Below, piece by piece: positions 26,197 to 33,830 of a DNA stretch of 40,000 nucleotides. Made by a program: the position numbers and the translations under genes. The notes beneath the pieces are model-generated. The model did no database searches and was not told the origin of the DNA. It saw only the letters and a list, made by a program, of their open reading frames with translations. Positions within the stretch are counted from its first letter, which is position 1. Every line of letters begins with the position of its first letter. The stretch covers positions 310,903 to 350,902 of the forward strand of contig NZ_JBLXBI010000002.1 in NCBI RefSeq assembly GCF_048265525.1, written 5' to 3'. The stretch is from Idiomarina sp. (GTDB taxonomy: Bacteria > Pseudomonadota > Gammaproteobacteria > Enterobacterales > Alteromonadaceae).

Positions 26197-28184
26197 ATAA
26201 CAAATGGCCACTCGAACGTCGCAATGAAAAGGTAGAAGCAGGTTCAAGTCCGTTGGCTAAAGGTGTCCCGGACTTTGTAAGCTTAATAAATGTAATAGAT
26301 GAAGCTGAAGAGTCAAGTTTTATTGAAGTAGTAAACTGGATTGTGAAGCAAGGGGAGAGCATCTCTGAATTAGAAAAACGAATCGTTGAATTTGCGGATG
26401 AAATTGAAGTTACCCTTGAGGAAGAAAAACCTGCACTTATGGCGCTAGCTTGTGCTGTAGCTCTTGCGAGGAATCCTTCAATCGACACTTGGATTAAAGT
26501 TAATGCGCTAAAATGCGAGTCATGTGAGATTGAAAGTTGGCTGAGTGCAGCCATGGTAGCGTATGTTGAAATATATCCCCCAGCATGTGGTCCTTATAAT
26601 TCACTTGCTAAAAGTGTTTTTTCGGCACTAGATAATTTTTCATTAAAATCTAAGTCAGAGCGTGTGAATAAAGAGAGAGAAGGGGTTTGGTTCTATTGGA
26701 ATGATAGGCAAGATAAACTAGAAGAAGTCTGGTTTGGGTTGAGGAGCTGGTCAGGTTTTATTAACTATAGAGAGGAACTTCCATTATTCGAGGTATTCTA
26801 CAAAATCAGCCCGCATGAATTCATAGCTACAATATCAAGATCCACAAATCCTTATTTATTGAATGCATTGTGCTTAGCAGCTGGCATAGGAGCATTTTAT
26901 CCAAAGTTCTCCGAGTGGAGAAATATAATTGGCGCTGCGCCTATTGCTTTTGAGGCGAATGGAGAATGGAATGGTTCTGTTCTGTTACCTCTACTGCTTG
27001 TTGAAGCTCGCGATCAATTATTACAGTCGCGAGACCCCGTTGGTCCAAGTTTGACTCATGACGAGCACGATGGGCTTGAAAGGGAAATAAAGAAAACAGC
27101 GAAAAAAATAGTAACTGCTTTGGCGGAACGTAAAGATTATTTAGTTATCTTCTCTCGTTGGTGGCCTTGGCTAATGAGACAAATTCTAGCAAGTACCGAA
27201 GAAGAGTTAACCGATGTTAAGTCTTCGGCGTTTTCGGATAATGTGCTAATGAACGAGATTGGTGAAAAGCTTAAAGGCAAGTCTATATCTCAAGTAGTTT
27301 CGAGTAGTGTGCCTTTATGGGAGGTATGGTGCCATTATTGTGCTCTAGCATTTTTTTCTCATGAAGAACATATTCAAACTCCAAACTGGAAAGTTTTTGT
27401 CGACGAGTGGAGACTTTTACCTGAGGACTGGGGGGGCGATAAAGGTAAAGCTTTACGTGATCACTCTAGGTTAATTATAGCTTCAAATAGAGAGACTCCC
27501 GGGATTGCTGTAAACTTGCTTGCCTATCCGATTGCGCAATCCTCTTTTCCATTTAAAGTATGGGACGATCTATGGAATAACGCTTATGTCTTGCGTGAAA
27601 TTGTTGAATTCGGGGACTTGGATGCAATTGAAGATGAATATAGCTCACGCTCGGAAGCAGGCCGCCTCTTGCTGCTATTATTTAAAATAGGCCTAGCAAT
27701 ATTAGACCAAATAGCAGTCGAAAGTCCCGATGAAGACAGTATCGAAGCGAGAACTGCCGCCAAACTATTTAATACTCTTTACTTTGCTGCAAGTGAAATG
27801 CGAGAAATCGATAGTACTTTGAATCATGACAAATGGTTTCAAATGGTGCAGCACTTAGTGATTAGGAGAGTTATATGGGAGCCCGCCTTTAAAGACGAAG
27901 GTACTTCGTTAAACTTCCAAGTTTTCAAATCAGAAGATGTTCCGACCGTCTCATACAGTCTTTTAAAAGAAAAAAGTGACCCAACAAGACTGATAGCCAT
28001 TTTACAATCTCTTTTGCTCAATACTGAGAGTTCACGGTTAAGAAATGAACTCAGTTCAGCATCAATTGATGTTTCCGTTATTATAAAGTCGATAAGATTG
28101 CTGAATGAATATCACCCAAATAAGTACCCTGTTGATAAATCAGAGTTAAGCAAAATAGAAAAACTTCTGGGGGAGGCCAATTAA
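26193..28184 (+). CDS. Large Trp-rich, predicted helical protein of unknown function
   Basis: This 663-aa uninterrupted ORF is translationally coupled (ATGA) to the preceding gene. I could find no recognisable catalytic or nucleotide-binding motif. Confidence 0.65.
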   Translation: MNNKWPLERRNEKVEAGSSPLAKGVPDFVSLINVIDEAEESSFIEVVNWIVKQGESISELEKRIVEFADEIEVTLEEEKPALMALACAVALARNPSIDTWIKVNALKCESCEIESWLSAAMVAYVEIYPPACGPYNSLAKSVFSALDNFSLKSKSERVNKEREGVWFYWNDRQDKLEEVWFGLRSWSGFINYREELPLFEVFYKISPHEFIATISRSTNPYLLNALCLAAGIGAFYPKFSEWRNIIGAAPIAFEANGEWNGSVLLPLLLVEARDQLLQSRDPVGPSLTHDEHDGLEREIKKTAKKIVTALAERKDYLVIFSRWWPWLMRQILASTEEELTDVKSSAFSDNVLMNEIGEKLKGKSISQVVSSSVPLWEVWCHYCALAFFSHEEHIQTPNWKVFVDEWRLLPEDWGGDKGKALRDHSRLIIASNRETPGIAVNLLAYPIAQSSFPFKVWDDLWNNAYVLREIVEFGDLDAIEDEYSSRSEAGRLLLLLFKIGLAILDQIAVESPDEDSIEARTAAKLFNTLYFAASEMREIDSTLNHDKWFQMVQHLVIRRVIWEPAFKDEGTSLNFQVFKSEDVPTVSYSLLKEKSDPTRLIAILQSLLLNTESSRLRNELSSASIDVSVIIKSIRLLNEYHPNKYPVDKSELSKIEKLLGEAN

Positions 28185-28384
28185 CATTTGGCTTGTAAAT
28201 GAGTGATGAGGTAAAGACGGAAGTCGAGCGACTAATAGTCGTAAACAGGCCTCATAAATTTACAGAAATACATTAAAGGTCTTAGTTTTTGAAAATCTAG
28301 TGTTGATTCTCAAGAAAACAAAGAGCGTTAGTAGTAGCGAAGAACGGTTTTATTTTGCGATGGGCATCTAACTATGAATCAAAG

Positions 28385-28426
28385 GCGTAGCGGGTGATTA
28401 AGAAGACGATAAATCACCTGCTACGC
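28385..28426 (+). terminator. Strong stem-loop between convergent genes (15-bp stem, 12-nt loop), no U-tract
   Basis: GCGTAGCGGGTGATT (28385-28399) pairs with AATCACCTGCTACGC (28412-28426). There is one G-U pair in a plus-strand transcript. It lies 200 nt after the 663-aa ORF stop. Confidence 0.35.
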
Positions 28427-28497
28427 ATACCCACAAATAGTAATCGTTATCTCTTTGCTCGTTTTGATGGACATTGGGGCATTTCTTAAAGATTTCC

Positions 28498-29868
28498 TTA
28501 CCCTTTCATTTCTTTTTTAACGTTAGTTGAATCCCCAGAGGAAGGCTTCTTCTGCTCTTCATCAAGCCCCACAACAATTTGTTTAATTGCTCGATCTCGT
28601 TTTGGTTCACCCAAAATCATGAAAGCTGCGACTTGAAATGCATCCATGTCATCCTTTTGAGCTATAACTCTTTGATATGGGCTTTGTTGGAGGTATGATT
28701 CAATGCCGGCTATCATAGCATCATCTTGCTCCGTGTTTTCTCGACCTTCGGTTTTATCATTAGCAGGGGCAATACCTCCACCTGGACCTCCATCGTCTGG
28801 AAGTGGCGATATATCCCTTCCGTCGCCGATTAGAAATCCATGTTTATGGAAAATAGGTAGGAAGAACTTTTCTGACTCTGCAACATCAGCAGTAAATAAA
28901 CCAGAGAATAGAGCCAGCGCTTGGTCTATTGGTGGAGAAGCATGCGCATGTTGCCTTATTCCCCAACAGTTGATAGACGACAAACAAAACATTGATAAAT
29001 GCCTTGTGTTTTTCATTCGTTCTTTTTCAACAAATTCGAACTCATTGTCTGGCCAATCCGCATCAAGAAAGTTATTCGATGCTTCATATTGGTTCCGAAA
29101 CGATATGGCTGGTTTAAATAGGATTTGGAAGTCTCGTATATAACTTCGTTGGTTGAAGCATAATGCGCGATGATATTGGAAATGCCAGACGCAAAGGCGT
29201 TCCCATCGGGTGAAACTAATGACTCTGTGCTTAACTTCTTCATTGGTTAGAAGTCTGTTATCCTGCGAACCTGCGCCCTCCTCTAGCAAATTAAACAGTT
29301 GCATTTGGTAAATGACACCTTTAATTAGCTTAGAGTAAATTGGCCAAGTCTCGTTTACGTGAATTGGCAGAGCCTTTCTTTCTTGTAACTCTAGTAGTCT
29401 CAGTACGAATATTATGATAACCGCTGATGCATCAGCTTCATAGTCAATCTCATGTAGAATGTTAGGCGCAAGAGTGGATAACCCTCTATGGTTTTGTTCA
29501 CCCATTCCTTGGCAGCGGTGAACTATTTCGTGAACAATAAAGTTATCTACAGTCTCGATTAATTCATCCTGGTCTAGTTTTCCTTCGTTTGCCATGTGAA
29601 CAAACATTTGTCGCATTTCGTTGCTTAAGAGCAATCTTGCGGGGCTTCCCACTTGCTGCCCTCTGATATCTATCCGTCCACTACCGCCGGAGCTAGGTTC
29701 ATCAGACACGTCGTAATGGAAACCATTTAAGCTGGTTTTAAGTTCATGACCAAACCAAGCAACAACGCCTATAACGAATTCATTTGGTATTTTTCGCCCG
29801 AAGTTAGAAATAATTTTAGCTCTTTCTTTAATGGTGTCATTTATCTGTTTTAGGTTGAATTTTGCCAT
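28498..29868 (-). CDS. Hypothetical protein with HExxH zinc-metallopeptidase-like motif
   Basis: 456 aa. FIVHEIVHRCQG is followed by ILHEIDYEAD (a possible third ligand). The C-terminal region is Gly/Pro-rich and acidic. The family is not recognised. Confidence 0.55.
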   Translation of the reverse strand: MAKFNLKQINDTIKERAKIISNFGRKIPNEFVIGVVAWFGHELKTSLNGFHYDVSDEPSSGGSGRIDIRGQQVGSPARLLLSNEMRQMFVHMANEGKLDQDELIETVDNFIVHEIVHRCQGMGEQNHRGLSTLAPNILHEIDYEADASAVIIIFVLRLLELQERKALPIHVNETWPIYSKLIKGVIYQMQLFNLLEEGAGSQDNRLLTNEEVKHRVISFTRWERLCVWHFQYHRALCFNQRSYIRDFQILFKPAISFRNQYEASNNFLDADWPDNEFEFVEKERMKNTRHLSMFCLSSINCWGIRQHAHASPPIDQALALFSGLFTADVAESEKFFLPIFHKHGFLIGDGRDISPLPDDGGPGGGIAPANDKTEGRENTEQDDAMIAGIESYLQQSPYQRVIAQKDDMDAFQVAAFMILGEPKRDRAIKQIVVGLDEEQKKPSSGDSTNVKKEMKG

Positions 29869-30244
29869 TATTATCTTCCCTAGTCTGGTAGTGACTGGCC
29901 TCCAACAATACTAGTACTTGATTTTAACTAATTCCAGAAAGCTTAAAATCGAAACTATTCTTACCGATTTTATCGGAGGCAAGGCCTTAATAAGAGAGAT
30001 GTTTCGGTAACTTTCAACGCCTGTATTATGATAACCGCTATGGTTCATGCCGGAGTCAGATCCGCGTCTTTCCTCTACTCTCACCACTTGTAACCTAGGT
30101 TCACTTTTTCCGCCTAGCGTTTCTTGAACTTGCTCTTCCTAAGGGGGACGGTAAGTATCAGAGCTGAGGACTTTCAGATTTATATGATGAACTGTAATAT
30201 CCGTTGCAAGAGCGTAATTTATGCTAATAAAAAGGAGAGTGCAC

Positions 30245-30541
30245 ATGGGACGAATCCGCCAGCACTGTTTAGATCAAGTGAAAAGTATAGCTAGACGAAA
30301 AGGTGAGTCATTTCCGATAAATATTGAAATAACCGACATACATGGAGTTACTATAGCCGGAGGAGAATTTCACAATGATGGAGAAATTACAGTGTATAGT
30401 AATCCGAGTTTAGGTATTAAACATCGTCGCTATGAGAACCCAAGTGCAATGAGGCAGGATATAGTGGCTTCAAACCGTCCGACCTATAAGTATATTAAAT
30501 ATAAAGGTAAAACGCTCAGTGATTACGGAGTATCTGGTTAG
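30245..30541 (+). CDS. Small hypothetical protein (98 aa)
   Basis: ATG 30245 has AAGGAG (30232-30237) 7 nt upstream. This is preferred over the ATG at 30221. No recognisable motif. Confidence 0.45.
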   Translation: MGRIRQHCLDQVKSIARRKGESFPINIEITDIHGVTIAGGEFHNDGEITVYSNPSLGIKHRRYENPSAMRQDIVASNRPTYKYIKYKGKTLSDYGVSG

Positions 30542-30644
30542 TTCTATGCGTTATCTGGAAAATGTTACGCAGAGGGCTCTTGGATTGATAGACTTGCGAC
30601 TTGAAAATCATAAAAGAGCCGTAAAATCAATTTGACATGTTGAC

Positions 30645-30708
30645 TGTAAGTTAAAAATGTACACTTTCACTTAAAAGTGTACATTTTCAATTATCTTTAA
30701 AACTTACA
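30645..30708. repeat. tnsA-distal transposon end with internal repeats (candidate TnsB-binding sites)
   Basis: There are two near-palindromic motifs, AAAAATGTACACTTT (30653-30667) and AAAAGTGTACATTTT (30673-30687). An internal TGTAAGTT (30645-30652) is inverted relative to the terminal AACTTACA (30701-30708). Confidence 0.4.
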
Positions 30709-31094
30709 TGGAGCGTTCAGACGGCTTTACCGAACCTACCATGGTCAAAGACTATTTAACCTCGCAGCTGCGTCATCAGGGCCGCGAAGTCTTTGCTATT
30801 TTACTGCTGGACAGCCAGCACCGGCTGTTACGTTACGAAGAACTGTTTCAGGGCACCATTAATGCCGCGCCGGTGTATCCACGTGAGGTAATAAAGCTGG
30901 TTATGCAGTATAATGCGGCAGCGGTTATCCTCGCACATAATCATCCATCGGGTGTTGCAGAGCCCAGCCAGGCTGACCAGAGAGTCACCGAACGAGTCAA
31001 AAAAGCCCTGACTTTAATTGATGTGGCGTTGTTGGATCATTTCGTAGTGGGCGCCGGCGATCCAATTTCTTTTGCAGAGCGCGGATTGTTGTAG
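30708..31094 (+). pseudogene. radC 3' fragment (JAB/MPN domain), separated from its 5' part by the transposon
   Basis: It encodes (M)ERSDGFTEP...[13 protein letters not shown]...[25 protein letters not shown]...FAERGLL, the conserved RadC C-terminal domain. The apparent ATG is formed by the last transposon base plus the TG of the duplication. Confidence 0.88.
30709..30713. repeat. 5-bp target-site duplication TGGAG (copy 2)
   Basis: It lies immediately outside the element end at 30708 and is identical to 3868-3872. Confidence 0.9.
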
Positions 31095-31175
31095 TTTTGT
31101 ACTGGCGGTTTGGTTAAAAATCACGTAAAATCCGCACCGAACGATCGATGACGATCAAATTTCCGTCGTATAAGC

Positions 31176-31204
31176 TTGATTAGAAGGGCAGTTTGCTGTA
31201 TAAA
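31176..31204 (+). promoter_or_regulatory. Candidate sigma70 promoter for rpmB-rpmG
   Basis: TTGATT (31176-31181), a 17-bp spacer, then TATAAA (31199-31204). It lies about 70 nt upstream of the rpmB ATG. Confidence 0.45.
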
Positions 31205-31276
31205 ATGCGCCCTCGGATTTATAGGCAAGGTCACGTTGGGCGACAGGCGAGCTTGCAGCAATTTTGGAGTAAAGAC

Positions 31277-31513
31277 ATGTCACAAGTATGCCAAGTTACA
31301 GGTAAGCGTCCGGTAGTCGGTAACAACCGCTCGCACGCACGCAATGCGACTAGACGTCGCTTCCTGCCGAACCTTCAATCGCACCGCTTTTGGGTAGAAA
31401 GCGAGAAGCGTTGGGTTAAGTTACGCATTTCTACTAAAGGTATGCGTATCATTGATAAAAACGGTATCGATACGGTATTAGCGGATCTCCGCGGCCGTGG
31501 TGTTAAGGTTTAA
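31277..31513 (+). CDS. rpmB: 50S ribosomal protein L28
   Basis: [39 protein letters not shown]... (78 aa). The start is taken at ATG 31277, not at the upstream in-frame extension. Confidence 0.95.
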   Translation: MSQVCQVTGKRPVVGNNRSHARNATRRRFLPNLQSHRFWVESEKRWVKLRISTKGMRIIDKNGIDTVLADLRGRGVKV

Positions 31514-31524
31514 GGAACTAAATT

Positions 31525-31680
31525 ATGCGCGATAAGATTCGTTTAGTGTCATCTGCTGGTACAGGTTATTTCTATACCACAGACAAAAACAAACGCACCA
31601 TGCCAGAAAAAATGGAGATCAAAAAATTCGATCCAGTGGTTCGTAAGCACGTGATCTTCAAAGAAGCTAAAATCAAGTAA
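31525..31680 (+). CDS. rpmG: 50S ribosomal protein L33 (51 aa; below ORF-track cutoff)
   Basis: Hand translation gives [51 protein letters not shown]. It lies 11 nt after rpmB. Confidence 0.95.
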   Translation: MRDKIRLVSSAGTGYFYTTDKNKRTMPEKMEIKKFDPVVRKHVIFKEAKIK

Positions 31681-31700
31681 TTGGTTTCAAAGCTTACAAA

Positions 31701-31726
31701 AAACCCAGCTTCGGCTGGGTTTTTTA
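31701..31726. terminator. Bidirectional rho-independent terminator
   Basis: AAAAAACCCAGC-TTCG-GCTGGGTTTTTT is a GC stem flanked by an A-run and a T-run. It lies between convergent rpmG and the oxygenase gene. Confidence 0.8.
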
Positions 31727-31743
31727 TTGGGTGGTGTTTGAGT

Positions 31744-32361
31744 TTATCGTGGTGGGTCAATAATGCCCGAGATGCTGGCATTAATACGGAACCAGCCGGT
31801 AATGCTGAAGCGGTCACGTTCCGAGCGTTGTACTTCATGCACAAAGCGGTCGCTTAAAAATACCACTAAACGCCCTTGTTTAGGCAGCACGGTTTCCAGC
31901 ACCTGTCCTTTGTCGCCATAAATAACCAATTGCCCGCCGTCGGTTTCCTGCCATTCCGGGTTCAGATAAAACACGGTTGTGAGCACTCGGTTGCTTCTGC
32001 CTTTAAACGCATCCAGATGTTTTTTATAAAACGCCCCTTTAGGGTAATGCGCTAAGTGGCACTCATAGTCAAACAAGCCAAGAAAAAGTTCGCGGTTAAA
32101 TTCGTGGCGTAACTCGTCCATAATGCCGAGGTAGTCTTTATGACGTGGCTCTTCGGACGTTAGCCAGTAAATGCGGTCGTTACGAACCATGGTATTAATG
32201 GTCTGGTTTTGCTGGCGGCCTATACCTGCCAGGTTCCAGTATTGCGCGGGTAATTGCAGAGCATATTGATACAGAGCCTGCGAACGCTGCGGCTGCAGAA
32301 AATCATCGATAATGCAGTAGCCGTGGTCGGCAACTTTGTCGATAATATCAGATAGCACCAT
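31744..32361 (-). CDS. 2OG-Fe(II) oxygenase (prolyl 4-hydroxylase-like) family protein
   Basis: It has HxD...H...R motifs (YKKHLDAF, RFVHEV, RFSITGWF). The start is taken at Met-33 of the track ORF (MVLSDIIDKV...). Confidence 0.7.
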   Translation of the reverse strand: MVLSDIIDKVADHGYCIIDDFLQPQRSQALYQYALQLPAQYWNLAGIGRQQNQTINTMVRNDRIYWLTSEEPRHKDYLGIMDELRHEFNRELFLGLFDYECHLAHYPKGAFYKKHLDAFKGRSNRVLTTVFYLNPEWQETDGGQLVIYGDKGQVLETVLPKQGRLVVFLSDRFVHEVQRSERDRFSITGWFRINASISGIIDPPR

Positions 32362-32480
32362 AATGCAATAAAGCTCCGTACTTTGTTGTCGCGCGAGAAT
32401 ATAGGGTATTCTGTCTCCAGTAACAAGGAATACGGCAACAAGAAGATTATTCGACACGTTAGCACAAAGAGCCCAAGCCG

Positions 32481-32987
32481 ATGAAAGTGAATGAGAAGCG
32501 AAAAATATTTGGACTGACTATGACCCGAAGGGCGTGGAATAACGTTCTGGTATACGTGATATTAATTATCATGGTGGTGTTCTGGTATGTCGCTCCGCCG
32601 GTTAAAGAAGAGGCGGCTGACAGCATCGCGAAAGAGGCTGAATCGGGCGAAGTCATTGGCTTAATACCGAATGATGGAAACTTGAGAGCAATACAAATTG
32701 ACCAACTGAAGTTAGCGCTAAATGACGGGCAATGGCAATGTCAGTCTCCATGTCGTTTATCGGAAAAAGCGTCCGCCAGCGTCGCTGAAAATTGGTTGGC
32801 ATTAACCATGACGCCAACCGAACAGTCAGCTGAAAATTTGATAACGGAAATTTATTTTGGTTTTGTCGGGGGCGAAGAAGCACGTGTTGAGTTATACGCA
32901 GACCCCGAGTTGATGATCCGTTTGCCAAATCAACAACAGAATTATCGTGTTATAGAATTTACTGCCAGTCAGTTATTGGGCCATTAA
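32481..32987 (+). CDS. Hypothetical protein with N-terminal membrane anchor
   Basis: 168-aa ORF with a single hydrophobic helix (VLVYVILIIMVVFWYV). No recognisable motif. Confidence 0.5.
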   Translation: MKVNEKRKIFGLTMTRRAWNNVLVYVILIIMVVFWYVAPPVKEEAADSIAKEAESGEVIGLIPNDGNLRAIQIDQLKLALNDGQWQCQSPCRLSEKASASVAENWLALTMTPTEQSAENLITEIYFGFVGGEEARVELYADPELMIRLPNQQQNYRVIEFTASQLLGH

Positions 32988-33002
32988 GGACATTTTAAGT
33001 TT

Positions 33003-33815
33003 ATGCCAGAGTTACCCGAAGTCGAAGTCAGCCGTTTAGGCATTTCTCCACACATTGAAGGCCGCACAATTAAGTCGGTTAAGGTTCACGATAAGCGCCT
33101 GCGCTGGCCGGTCCCTGAAACTGTGCATCAGGTCGAAGGACACGTGCTGCGTTCGGTTAGCCGCCGTTCAAAATATTTGTTGTTACAGACAGATAATGGC
33201 TGTCTGATATTGCATTTGGGTATGTCGGGTAAGCTGCGCGTGGTTCCAGTCGAAACAACTCACTACAAACATGACCATATTGATATTGAGTTCGATAACG
33301 GCCAAACCCTGCGTTTGAACGATCCGCGGCGTTTTGGTGCTTTGCTCTACAGTGAAAGTGATGTGAGCGGGCATGAACTGCTAAGCCAACTTGGCCCGGA
33401 ACCGTTAACCGACGCGTTTAATATCGACTATTTATTTGAACGCTCACGCGGGCGTTCGCAGTCGGTGAAAACCTTTCTTATGGATAATAAAGTGGTCGTG
33501 GGTGTTGGCAATATTTACGCGAACGAAGCTTTGTTTAAGGCGGGTATAAACCCGAAACGGGCCGCCGGGAAAATCAGTAAAGCGCGCTACCAGAAACTGG
33601 TGCCGATAATAAAAGAAACTCTGGCAAGTGCTATTGAACTGGGTGGTACTACCTTAAAAGATTTTACTCAGGTGGACGGTAACCCGGGCTATTTCGCTCA
33701 GAAACTTCAGGTTTACGGGCGTGGCGGTAAGCTTTGCATGGTGTGCAGTAACCGGTTGAAAGAAATTCGTCTGGGTCAGCGCAGCACCGTGTACTGCACC
33801 CAGTGCCAGCGCTAG
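33003..33815 (+). CDS. mutM: Formamidopyrimidine-DNA glycosylase
   Basis: It has the MPELPEVE N-terminus and the C-terminal zinc finger CMVC...CTQCQR. 270 aa. Confidence 0.95.
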   Translation: MPELPEVEVSRLGISPHIEGRTIKSVKVHDKRLRWPVPETVHQVEGHVLRSVSRRSKYLLLQTDNGCLILHLGMSGKLRVVPVETTHYKHDHIDIEFDNGQTLRLNDPRRFGALLYSESDVSGHELLSQLGPEPLTDAFNIDYLFERSRGRSQSVKTFLMDNKVVVGVGNIYANEALFKAGINPKRAAGKISKARYQKLVPIIKETLASAIELGGTTLKDFTQVDGNPGYFAQKLQVYGRGGKLCMVCSNRLKEIRLGQRSTVYCTQCQR

Positions 33816-33830
33816 TTTGGCTTTTAACTC

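Larger units (their letters stand above)
3873..30708. mobile_element. Tn7-like transposon (tnsABC + tniQ/tnsD + tnsE-like) with defence-type cargo, inserted in radC
   Basis: The termini are 8-bp inverted repeats, TGTAAGTT (3873-3880) and AACTTACA (30701-30708). They are flanked by a direct TGGAG duplication. Deleting 3873-30713 joins ...KWQLE to RSDGFTEP... in frame, giving a full-length RadC. The heteromeric transposase gene set starts 60 bp inside one end. The interior is clearly more AT-rich than the flanks. Confidence 0.92.

Noticed and set aside
26186-26554. Minus-strand 122-aa ORF antisense to the start of the 663-aa gene (similar antisense ORFs lie at 24465-25501 and 25698-26247)
   Set aside because: All lie within the translationally coupled plus-strand operon and have Ser/low-complexity-rich translations. 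They are shadow ORFs.
29410-30039. 16-bp exact direct repeat TATTATGATAACCGCT at 29410-29425 and 30024-30039
   Set aside because: It is a single pair of short AT-rich matches, one inside the HExxH coding sequence and one in the upstream spacer. This is close to chance expectation for a 40-kb window, and no associated structure is evident.
30632-30668. Outward-facing promoter in the transposon end driving the radC 3' fragment (TTGACA at 30632-30637)
   Set aside because: No acceptable -10 hexamer lies at 16-18 bp spacing, so it is not reported as a feature.
31572-31844. Minus-strand 90-aa ORF spanning rpmG, the terminator and the oxygenase 3' end
   Set aside because: It overlaps a ribosomal protein gene and a bidirectional terminator, so coding is implausible.
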